The notes under the pieces are model-generated. The model worked only from the letters and a program-made list of their open reading frames with translations, made no database searches and was not told where the DNA came from. Shown piece after piece: positions 1 to 11,401 of a stretch of 64,000 nucleotides of DNA. The stretch comes from Oikopleura dioica (lineage: Eukaryota > Animalia > Chordata): positions 11,098,001 to 11,162,000 of the forward strand of contig OU015566.1 of the NCBI GenBank assembly GCA_907165135.1, written 5' to 3'. The position numbers were made by a program, and so were the translations under genes. Positions within the stretch are counted from its first letter, which is position 1; each line of letters starts with the position of its first letter.

Positions 1-2
1 TT

Positions 3-3000
3 GGCCAAGTAGCAGCAACATTTGCCTCTGCTGCCGTCTATTTCCAAGCTGATGACCAGCAGCTATCTCAAGAGCTATTTAATCGGTCGGTTATCATGAC
101 TAGAAGCTGTTTCGAGAACCATGGCTATCTGCACAATGCGATTCCAGAGCTGAAAGAATACTACAAAAGCTGGCATATTGCAGACGAACATGTTTATGCA
201 GCTCTTTGGGTCCATAAAGCGGCCGTTGTTCTAGGCAACGAATCAATTGCGGAAGAAATGAAGGCCTTGGCGTTTTCATGGGAAGAACGAGCAATCAACG
301 GGGATATCGAATACAACACAATTTGGTGGGAAGGCGAATCCTTCAACTGGGACTCTAAACATCCCGCGATTCATTATCTCTTCAGTAATTTATTCGACAA
401 CGAGCCGAGCAAAGAAAGGTTCGAAAAATTCAAGACCTCGATTTTTAGACGGGAAAGGACAGAAAAGGGATACATTTGGATCTCAAAATGGGGCTCGACA
501 AGGCACAATGCGAATGCAATGTTTTTGCTCGCTTTGGATGCAAGAGATCAAGAAGACTTTGGTTTAATTCAGGAAGTCAAAGGGCAGATATATTATCTTC
601 TGAATGGACCTGTCATTGATGGAAAAACTGGGTCGTATTTGATAGGATACGGCGATGTCTATCCATCGGAGCCCCATCATCGGGGCTCATCGTGCAACGG
701 TGCTGAAGACTTCTGCGTTGAGGGAAATAATACAGAAGCTGTTTGGACACTCTACGGTGCTCTCGTTGGTGGAGCAGACACAGTCACAGATGTATTTATC
801 AATGACAGAAAAAACTGGATAACAAACGAAGTGGCACTTGATTACAACGCTGGTTTCCAATCAACTCTCGCGGGCCTGATTGCGCTCGAAGACAAACTTA
901 CGACCACAACTACCACAACAACGACTTCAGCTACTCTTTCAACGACCGAAGCGCCAAGACCAACACAAGAACTTGGCTTTCAAACACTCACGTTTGTATC
1001 TTACGGTAAGCGATTCGACGAAACTCAAGACATGCAAAAACGAACGCTAGAAGAAGGAAAGTACTTCAGAACTCTCATCGGTGATTTTTCGGACGAGTAC
1101 AGCAATCCTTGGCCACTAGAGAGATTTGAAGAACTTGAGCGGACAGAAATGCGCTGGTGCTTCAAACTTTTTGGGGAGCGTTTATTAGTTGGCCATAAAA
1201 GTGGAGTTTGGATTCACGACGGAAGTGAATCAAATTGGACGTCTTTGACTGATGGCCTCATCCTCGATCCTCTTGATTTCTTTGACGGCTCATCAATCGA
1301 TCAGGAATATCTTGATTACGTCGGCGTTGAAAGCTTCTTTCCGACGGTTGACTGGCCCTTTCTGACAAAAGAGCTCAAGAGAAGCTTATCATGCGAAGTT
1401 CATATGGGCAAAATCTTCTTTTGCGGGCTTCATGAAGGGAAAACATGCGTAGTTTTCAATGAAGATCTTGAATTCGAGACATTTTTTGAAACGAAAATTG
1501 AGCGTGATGGCGGCGCTCTTGTTTCCTACAAGGATAAGCTACTCTTCATTGGTGGTCAAAAGCAAGAAAACACCCTAGGAGCACGTGGAATTACTGAAAA
1601 TCGAAAAAGAAGGCAAGTTGGAATGCAAAATTTCCTATCCGGACTTAGCACTTTCCTCGGAACCAAGGAAGCAGAGCGACAAAATTCACCACTCAAGGAT
1701 GTCCTCGATCTCTATGGTGATGTAGAAGTCATAACTTTTCACCATAACGATATCAACAACAAGACAATAACATTTGGACCGGATCTTCCCCCACAGTTTC
1801 AACCTTCAACACCGCATGATGCTGTTTGTGTTTTCAACGAAAATATCTTTATCGTCACAAAAACTCGTAATGACGACGATCCTCTTCAATATGAAACTCA
1901 TCTTCTGTCAATTGACAATTTGAGTATTGACACAAGCTGGCAGTCCTACAGAAACTTGTTTCTTGAGAAAAGGGAAAATATGACGATGGTTCCTTATCAG
2001 GGAAAGCTGATGATTCTTGGAGGTGCTTATATTAAACCGTTTAACAAATTAGCCCCGCCTTCTCCACCACCAAATGAGTTTATTCTATTTGATGAGAAAA
2101 CAAAGCTGCCAAGCAAGGTAGAAAAAGAGCCTCAACTCATGATATTAGCGGGATCATTTGGAGTTGTGAGGTATCCTCCGGGTGAATTCGGAGAGTGGAA
2201 CTCTTGGAGTGAATGTTCCATCACTTGTGGGACTGGCATTGTCACCCGGGAAAGATATTGTTACTCGAAACTCGTCAAACTCGTAGGAGACGCCAGGAAA
2301 GGGTTTTTTATTGAAAACAACAGACAGACATAACTGAATAGTTCAGCATGAATCAATTTGTTATGCTCATATAAATACATGGAATGTAGAATAAATTTTT
2401 AAGGATGAAATAATAAATATTTTTATTCTGATTTTTGCTATTTTGTTATTTTTTTGTCTTCTTTTTTTGTATCATAATGATCTCGTATTTTTTCATGTTT
2501 TTGCTATGGAGTTCTCATGCATTTCTTTTCATCTTTTTTTCAGTCAATAACGGCACTTCTCATCTTTCGATGGAAGATAGAAGTCATTTCTTCCGACAAT
2601 ATCTGACGATTCTCCTTAATTTTCAATCTTCATTAAATCTCAAATTTTCAAGTTGCCTTCTTCAATGTTCAATTTCGTGACGTTTTTGATTGCAGGAGCA
2701 AAATAGTTCATGCTACCCATAAAGTTCTGAAATCTTGGGATAAATTCCGCAACTTGTGCTTCTGTTTCTCAAACCGAGTAACGATCAGTCCTTATATCTT
2801 TTAGACTTTTCGTTACTCACAGTCCTAAATAAGCTTTTTCATTCTTCAAAATATTTGCAATGACTTCGGCAACAACAGCCATATCTAAGTAAATAGACGA
2901 TACAATATTTTAGAAAATTTTAAATATTACCCTGAAATTGATTACTAACATCTGTATCTAAAAATTGTTGAACACTTTCAACATTTGCGATCTCATTTCG

Positions 3001-6000
3001 AAGATGAAACTCTGCATCAGCCAGTGTATATTTCGACCTGTCTCTTGGGTGTTGCCCTGTTCTTGATGCTGATAAAGCGGCTGTTGTGTTCCATATTTGT
3101 ACTCTTGAATCTCGTAAAATTTTATTGACTTCATTTATGTCATACACTGAGCTCATTTTCGCAACTCACTTTTAGACTTAAACTTGTAGTATTCTGACTG
3201 ACTGAATAGCAACGACCCGTAATATTTACTCATGGCCATAAAAAAGACCGTTATTTGCAAACTCAACAACACACGCCTCTCAATTTAAATTTATCATGTC
3301 TTTATATAATGCTATAGGAAATTTTTGAAAATTTTTCATATAGTTCATGCTTCCATTATCAAAGAAAAAATCTTCCCAAGATTCGAGTGTGGGAAAGATC
3401 CAGAGGAGAGCAAGCCTTGCAACACTCAAAAATGTCCTTCTTGGTCGAAATGGTCAGAATGGGATACATGTTCGTCTTCATGTGGTTTTAAAGGAATGCA
3501 GACTCGGACAAGACGCTGTAAACAAGGTGAAATTGGCGAGATCGGCTGTCACGAGGAAGATCAAGACATTCCAAAGTTCGCCCAGAATATCAACTCAACT
3601 TTTCAAAGAGGAGAATGTAATCGTGAGTTTTGTCCGATCATTCCAACGACCCAACTGTGGACTGAATGGTCTGAGTGCACAAGACAATGTGATGGAGGGG
3701 AAAGGATGAGAGCTGCACTAAAATGCACAGAACAAGCTAGCGAAAATAAACCTAAAGACAAATCCAAAAAGGATAAAAAGAAAAAGAATAAAGGCAGACG
3801 AGAAGCTGAAGAGTTAGATTTGCTCGAGTTTCTTGATGATCTCGAGGCGGAAAACGAAACTGTTCCAGAACCTCCTTGCTTGCCACCTGCAAAGCTTGTC
3901 AACTTCAACGAAACAGAAAGATGCAACGCTCAACCTTGTTCAAGATGGGCGCTTTGGAGCCCTTATACCCCGTGTTCTGCTACATGTGGCGATGCAACAA
4001 AATCTCGACAGAGATTTTGTCGACATGGGGAAATTGGAGAAGCAGATAATTGTCCATCGGAAGGTGCAAAGGAGATCATTGCTTGTGATCTTGATGAGTG
4101 CCCTTACCTCGGTGAATGGGAAAATTGGAGTGATTGTAGCAGAACATGTGGCTCAGGCGCTAGAATAAGGAAAAAACCATGTATAAATGGAAACATTGGA
4201 GAGATCGGTTGTGATTCAGCGGAAGCAACAGAGCAAATCTCTTGTGCGACGCATTATTGCCCGATTTATTGGGGTGAGTGGTCGGACTACTCAGAATGCA
4301 GTAATTCTTGTGGGAAAGGAGTCAGAGTAAAAACACGCGCATGTCAAAATGAGCTCGAAGATGTCACCTGCCCCGGCGCAGGAAATATCACAGAGGAGTG
4401 TTTTGACGGTTATTGCTCTGGTGGATCATTTTCCCCTGAATGGGCAAGCTGGGGTGAATGGGGAGAGTGCTCAACAACGTGTGGCCCGGGGCTGCAATCA
4501 AGGTTGAGAAACTGCACTGGGGACGCCGTTGGATCAGTATCTTGCCCATACGATGATGAACAACAGACTGGCAAATGCGAAGTACACGGATGCCCTCAAT
4601 GGTCACTCTGGAACTCTTGGCAGCCATGCGATCTTGACTGTGAGGATCCGGAAGTCAGTTCACGGTTCCTTATTGGCTCTAGAATTAGGAGACGAGGCTG
4701 TGTTGAGTGCCCGATGGATACTTTCGTTTGCATCAAGCCTTCAAATGCCACTGTTTGTGCTGATTTTTGGGCGGAAAATAATGCAACATCGATCGAAACA
4801 GAAGAATGCAGATGTGAAAACATTCAAGAGGGGTCCTCAGAAGGTTCTGGAAGTGGAGATGAGGAATATGAAATTTCCATGGAAATCGATACAACCACAC
4901 GCCCTTCAGTTACTACACAGTCTCTTGCTTCTTATCTGTCAAATATTCAGAGCTTTTTCAGTAGCGAAGATGAAAGCCAACGAATTCGATCACTGGCCCC
5001 TTCTTGGGGAACCTGGATGGAATGGACAAAGTGCTCAAAAACTTGTGACCTTGGAGAACGAACACGATATCGCCCCTGTTCAAATGGAAATATCGGTGAT
5101 ACTGATTGTCCTCTCGCAGAATCATTCGAACAGGAAAGTTGTCAACTTAATGTTTGCCGGGGTGAGTGGCTCAGCTGGGGTAATTGGGGAAGATGCTCCG
5201 CAAGTTGCGACGATGGTGTTAGAAGTCGCACAAGAATGTGCAAGGATAAGAATAAATTCGGCTTGCCAGGTTGCCAAAAACGAGCTGCAATAGAAATGGA
5301 AAAATGTTCCGATCGCCCTTGTAGCTACTGGAACAACTGGACTGAGTGGTCGCGTTGCAGTTCATCTTGCGGAAGTGGGGTTTCAACAAGAATGAGAAAT
5401 TGTGATGCGACTGAAAATATACAAGAAAATTGTATTGGAAATAGTCTTGAAAGTAAAACTTGTTTTATCCCAGAAGAAGATTGCCTTGCGGATATCGAAG
5501 AAGTAAGTTGGATGCCTAAGCAAATGCTTGCTTTTGGCCCTGCAGAATTTAGCCCCATTACGTTTACAAGCACCACCACCAAAGCAACTACTTCCACAAC
5601 AACTACTTCGACAACACAGTCAAAAACTCAAACAACGACTTCAACTTCAACTTCGTTGTAAACTACAGTGGCAACATGGACATGGGATGAGTGGACAAGT
5701 TGGAGTCAGTGCACACTTCCATGTGATGATACATTTTCTAGGTCTTTTAGAACTCGCTCTTGTTTTACTGGAGAGTGCCCAAAACAAGCTTCGGTCGAGT
5801 CAAGAATTTGCACAGATCGAGAGTTTTGTGACTACATGGACGCAGATTCTTCACTTTCTGACATGGGGATCGACTATTCATTCGATGATGACGAAGAAAA
5901 CCCCCTATCTACAGAAATCACTGCTGCTCCAACAAGACAGAGAATAATTTGGGAAGAATGGGGCCAGTGGACTCCTTGTGATCGAACATGCGACGAAGGG

Positions 6001-8370
6001 CATCGAGAGCGATTCCGAACTTGCCAAGATCGTGATCTCTGTCCGACTGGAAGCTATGAAACTGAAGAATGCGACCTTGGCTACTGCGCTAGAATGACTG
6101 GTTGGTCCCTTTGGACTCCTTGTTCGGCATCATGTGGAAAGGGAAATGTTCGAACGAGGAAAAACTACTGCGATCGAATTGGAAACTATGGAAAGGTCTG
6201 CCCAGAGGTGAAAAATATGACTGACGTTCTTATCGAGAAAGAACCGTGCCTTGCCTCTGAATGCCCCTATTTTGCTCAATGGTCTGTTTGGTCTAGCTGC
6301 GAATTTGATGGTCCTTGTCCTTTTACTGGTGGAAGAAATCGAACAAGAAAATGCAACTTCGGCTCTGTTGGCGACGAAGGGTGTATTGGAGATTTGATAG
6401 AGCTAGAGATCTGCCACCATGACGATTGCGGATACTGGTCGGAATGGGAGCCCTGGTCAAAATGCACGGCAACATGTGATGCTGGAAAGCGAGCTAGGCA
6501 AAGGATCTGCATCAACGGCAAAATTGGTGATGTAGGATGCCCTTACGACGAAGAAACTGATTTAGAACGATGTAATGATCAGGCTTGTCCTAAATGGTCA
6601 GTTTGGAGCTCATGGTCAGAATGCGAATCAGAATGTGGCCCTTCTCTGACATCAAAGAGTCGAGTTTGCCTTGGTGCTCCTTTTGGATCAAATGAATGTC
6701 CAGGGATTTCTGAAAAGACAAAAATCTGTGAATCAAAATGTCTTTCAAGCCAGAAATGCGAGGAAAATGTCTGCGTGTGCAATGAAGGAGCTGGCTGGGT
6801 ACTCGATACTGATCTAGACGAATGCGTTCGCCCGCAACCTTGTCTAGAATGCCACGACAACGCTGTCTGTAATGTTGATATGGCGACATGTCACTGTAAC
6901 AATGGCTATGAAGGCGATGGATACAGATGTTTCGACTACAACGAGTGTGCTCTTAAACTTCATAACTGTGACGAACTGGCAAAATGCAAGAATACAGAGG
7001 GAGGTTATGAATGTATTTGTCCAAATGGGTTCGAATCTGATTCTACGGGCAACAAATGTCTTGATATCAATGAGTGCTCTAGAGGAACTCATAATTGCCA
7101 CGCCCCGGAAGATTGGGCCGCGACGGGAGAAGAAACAAGGGTCAAATACGGACTCTACAGTTCCACTTGTACGAACAAAATCGGTGGGTTTGAATGCGAG
7201 TGCCTTGCGCCAGAGTTTTACGGAAACGGAACTCACTGCGAACAAGCGGCTCCGTCAATTATGGCAGCAGCCGTTTATCAATTAGGAAAGAAACTGGTTG
7301 TAGAGGACAATGCTCGTAGAACGATTGATATCGACACGTGTGGCGCAATTGACGGAACAATCGAAGTATCTGTTCTGCTCGCTGGCAAGGCTCCGTTCAA
7401 TATAGAAGTAGATACTATTGCCAATCCATATGCTGTGACTGCTCTGAATAACGTCATTTTTGATTCTCCCTTTGAAATGCGTCTGAGAATAGAAGGCATC
7501 ACCTCCGAGCCACTGCATGTTGACGATGAAATTTATTTGGTGAATGTTTCCGACTATCAGTACAGTACCGAATTCAAAGGAAGCGATCTGCCTATCAAAG
7601 CAAACACAACGACTCAGTTCCAACTTCGAATTGGAAATCGAAAATGCCTTCAGCTTTCCAAATTTTCAACAGCAAAGTCGGTTAACTCAGATTCCTTGCT
7701 TTACCAAAAATTTGTCATTACAATCGACAAGCCTTCATCATCGCCCATCTTTGGACATATTATCAAGAAACTGCATCTTTTGAGCGAAAGCTTCTTTCAG
7801 AGCGACTTTAGATTTCTCGCGACCGAGACGATTGGAATCAGAAGTATTGGAAATGCAACTTCAATAGACAGTGTTTTCATATTTGAATCTGACGATGCAG
7901 CGACAAACGCAAAGTCTGTCCCTGAAATAACAAAAGACTTTGTGGCAATTTTCTTGGATTACGTTGTCGAAGAATTTGCGCTCAATCGAGAGTCTGTAAA
8001 AATCGAGCTTCTTGGTGAAGCAAAATCGCCTTCTGGAGTATTTTTGATTCTTCTCACCGCTGTATTTGGCATCATAATAATAAGCGCGTCGAGTTTTATT
8101 TCCTTCTGCACTTGGCCGACGAATTTCACAGTCTTGAACGAATCTGGAAGAACGGAAGCAGACAGTCAATCTGTGATCTCTTTCTTGTCCGGGCCGCTCA
8201 TTTTACTACTCGAGGCTACAGTGACAAGTTGGGTTTGGGTCGACTACTCCTCTTTTGGAGCGCCATTTTTGACCAAATCTGAAGCACTCAGCACTTGTTT
8301 ACTCATAAGGAACAGGTTCAATCTTTATCGAGTTTTATTCTCTCTCTTATTTAGAGAAACAGTTAATTGA
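3..8370 (+). CDS. Giant mosaic type I membrane protein (5' part outside window): GH9 endoglucanase C-terminal half, Thr-rich linker, kelch-like repeats, 17 TSP1 repeats, EGF/EGF-Ca repeats, uncharacterised (possibly SEA-like) region, TM helix. Interrupted by a ~1.1 kb intron (~2267-3380) and an in-frame TAA at 5659-5661
   Basis: Frame open from position 3 (GQVAATFASAAVYF). GH9 motifs PHHRGSSC and NEVALDYNAGF are present, as are GG-containing kelch-like segments (LLFIGG, LMILGG). WxxWxxC-type TSP1 starts run across ORFs 96-2333, 3325-5661 and 5668-8370 (the last two in the same frame). EGF-Ca starts DYNEC and DINEC; hydrophobic GVFLILLTAVFGIIII; AATAAA at 8376 just after the stop. Confidence 0.85.
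2820..3156 (-). CDS. Nested antisense gene of unknown function inside the GH9-TSP1 intron (first two exons supported; 3' end unresolved)
   Basis: ATG at 3156. ORF MSSVYDINE...SNQFQ joins in frame across a 46-nt GT-AG intron (2930-2885) to DMAVVAEVIANILKNEKAYLG, followed by a GTGAGT donor at 2820. Confidence 0.55.
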
Positions 8371-8518
8371 GCCTGAATAAAGCGCTGTTTTTGGCTTGGT
8401 TTTCTTGATATTTTTCTGCATTTGTAATGTTATCCGAGCGAGATATGCAGCGGAACTTGTCAATTTGCATTTCACTTTTGAAGTGACGATTTATTTAGTA
8501 ATATTAATTCTTTTCCAG

Positions 8519-9229
8519 GTGAGAAAATTTTGTCATTAAATGAGCTTCATAAAACTTTCAAGCTTCCTTCAAATTTCTTCGTCTACTTCTACTCCGTCCG
8601 TTTCAAAAACCCTGCTTCACCAATGCCTACTTCCTACATCATCAAGCCGCTGCCGATGTTCATTTCTTGGCTCTTACTCATCACGACCACAGTCCCGAAA
8701 TTCGTCGACTACCTCCACATTTCTCGCAGTTTCTGTACGAAAATGCATCTTTCGGCGATGGTTTTCATGATGCTCCTTTTTTCTCCCGTCGGCTCCCTTG
8801 TTCAACTTATCAGTACTGTCTTCACCTCCCAGACAGTAACGATCGCCGAGAGTTTCAACCATAAAAGGACAGTAGTCGACGGACTGAAGCTTCAAAATGC
8901 ACTGAGTTTGCTTGACTCAATGGAAAATATTCAAAATCATTATGGAGAAGACCCTCGGCTTGTTCGACCAACCGGTAGATCTAAAAACTTTACTTCATCT
9001 GAATTCTAAAATTTAAGATTATTTGATGGAGTGGTACTCAAATCGGCATTACAATTGCGTCTATCAATCAAATATGAACATCTACGGGATGCCTTTTTCC
9101 AATGACTGCCTCAATCCTTTCGACTGGATGATTTTGATAACTTCAATTGGCCAAATCTGTGCAGTTTATGCATTCTGTTATTTTTTCAATCGCCTGCTCA
9201 ATGTCATTCAGCAAATTCGAAATGTATAA
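8519..9229 (+). CDS. Multi-pass membrane protein with distant ionotropic glutamate receptor / IR-like layout (5' end unresolved)
   Basis: ORF 8530-9009 joins ORF 9023-9229 in frame via a 43-nt GT-AG intron (8975-9017). Motif echoes: IIKPLPMFISWLLL (M1-like P...W), LISTVFTSQ (M3-like), LMEWYSNRHYNC...YGMPF (S2-like), and a final hydrophobic helix. Confidence 0.4.
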
Positions 9230-9338
9230 AACTAATTTAGAGCGAGAAAAAATAAGATAAATTGTAAATAAAAATAGCACAATTTTATTATATATTCTTG
9301 ATCGATTTATTTTACAGAAATTATCAGGTCAAAAGCAT

Positions 9339-11401
9339 TTATGCTTTATTTTTTCTTCGAATAAATTGAAGGCGAATATCATCTTTTGGAATTCTGAGGC
9401 CAGGATGGTCAGCAATATCCATATTTCCAGCAATCCTTAAAATATAAAAAGCAATTAAAATTGACAATATAAATAATTTCAACCTCTTAATCTCGAAATT
9501 CTCCACCATACTTGTCCCAAAAGCAAAGTACTCCTCGATCGCCAACGATTTACCGATGCAATTTCGAAGACCGACAGAGAAGCCGCAGACTTTTGGGTCA
9601 TTGACGAATTCTCCGTTCTCATCAATAAAACGATCTGGAATGAATTTTGAAGGCTCTGGGAAGTTTTTCGGATCATGCATCACCGCCGCAAGAGACCCTA
9701 GAATTAATTAAGAATGTTATAAAAACAGTAAATCACCGATGATTTGCGAGTTGTTCGGAAAAGTAAACCCTTTGACTTGCGTGTCCTCCGAGGCAACATG
9801 AACGAGCGTTTCTGCGATCGGATTCAACCTTCTGCTTTCCAACAAAACGGATCTCGTAAAAGGACAGTTCTCTTTTATCAGGTCATTGTCTTTTTCACGG
9901 GCAGACTTTAACTCTTCGTAAATTTTTTCCTGCACTTCTGGGTGGTCAGCAAGAACCAACGATAGCCAAGTCAGAGTGTTTCTTATGATTAATCATTATT
10001 AATAAATTATGATGAATGATTGCTTGCAAAGCGGCTTACGCTAAAGTATCGGTAGCAGCCAAGTAAAGCGCTACGATTGTAGCAGCAAGAGTGAAATATC
10101 CCCATTCAGGATCTCTTGATGCTTCGATTAGAAGGGTATCTAAACTCATATTTTAGTTGTAGCTCGGAAAAAAAATGAACAATACCTAGAAGATTTCTGG
10201 GATTTGCAGGGTCTAGGGTTTTTTGCTGCTCCTTGATAATCTAAAAAAGGACTTTACTTCAAATTTATTGCATCTAAAACATACTTTGAAAACATAACTG
10301 TGAAAAAGCGGCAAAGCATCTTCAAAGTGTTTTAGTGGCGTTTTCAGCCAAAGTTTGTTGTAGAAGTCACTTTGGCTGATCTTTTCATGGTTTTCATGGT
10401 TTTTTTTTATCTAATTTAGAGAATTACTCATCATCATTATTTTCGTTTTTAAGAGTTAATTGCACAACCAATGTCCAAAGGGGAAGAGCATTGTTGCAAA
10501 TGCACTTCAAGATAAAGTGCAAAACTCCGACGAAAAAACTATCAACGTAGTCAGCAATTTTCAAAAATTCGGGATCTTCGAAGTCGTAATTTATTCCAAA
10601 GGCAAGTCCAGAAGTAACATTGATGCTTCCGTTCATGAAAATTCTTCTTGGGTCTATTCCCGAAGGATCTGATCCTAGTCGCTCGAGATGAAGACATACA
10701 TTTTCCGTCGACGCTTGAATGATTTCTGCGAGCTTATTTTTCCCGACAAGACGCTATAAAATCCATTCAAAATAAAAGCCCCAACTCAGAAAACTACCTT
10801 CATCGTATCATGCCATTGAGCCCTGATTTTCTTGTGGAACTGATCATAACGTCCTTCAGCGATTCCGGCCAAATTTCCAACGCCATTCTTGAGCAGCTGG
10901 TCATTTTCATCCAATATAGATTTTGCAATCTCGTGGTAGTCTTTTCTCCGCAGCATATTTTTGATGGTACATTCAAATCTCTCTGAAAACTGACGGTTCG
11001 ACATTGAACGTTTTGAGAAGGCTTCTTTCATGATTTCAAAATCGGTGATGACGTAAAAATTACTTAGAAAAGTTATCTGGGAAATGTTCTGTTAGGCACT
11101 AAAATAGGCCGCTAAATAGGAGCTTCCTAACTTGTTTCCTGAAAGTCGATCCAGGAAAAAAATGCGGCCTGAAAATCTTCGGCAATGTTCCTTCTTCAAG
11201 TGCATTTTTGATAACCTTAAAATTCTCATCCCTCGTTTGTGGATACGGAAAAGTCGGAATCGGATGAAACACTGTATTCTTCAAAATTATATAAGCGATC
11301 TTGTATATTCCATACGCCACGGCTACTGCTCCGATTTCGTAGAGCAAATCTCCATCTCTGTCGAATAAAAAATAATGGAGCTGTTCTCTCAGATTATCCA
11401 T
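9339..11401 (-). CDS. Cytochrome P450 (CYP2-clan-like), multi-exon
   Basis: Heme motif FSVGLRNCIG, ExxR (LLESRR), PERF-like FIPDRF, I-helix LYLAATDT, and an N-terminal membrane anchor followed by a Pro-rich hinge. Confidence 0.93.

Noticed and set aside
5659-5661. Selenocysteine or pyrrolysine recoding of the internal stop
   Set aside because: The codon is TAA rather than TGA or TAG, it lies in a low-complexity linker, and the 3' context is not a known readthrough motif.
3347-8169. Many overlapping or antisense ORFs in the track (e.g. 4529-5293, 5528-5947, 6844-7245)
   Set aside because: These are frame shadows of the TSP1/EGF/Thr-rich coding sequence; the Q/L/P-rich frame is the +1 reading of ACN codons.
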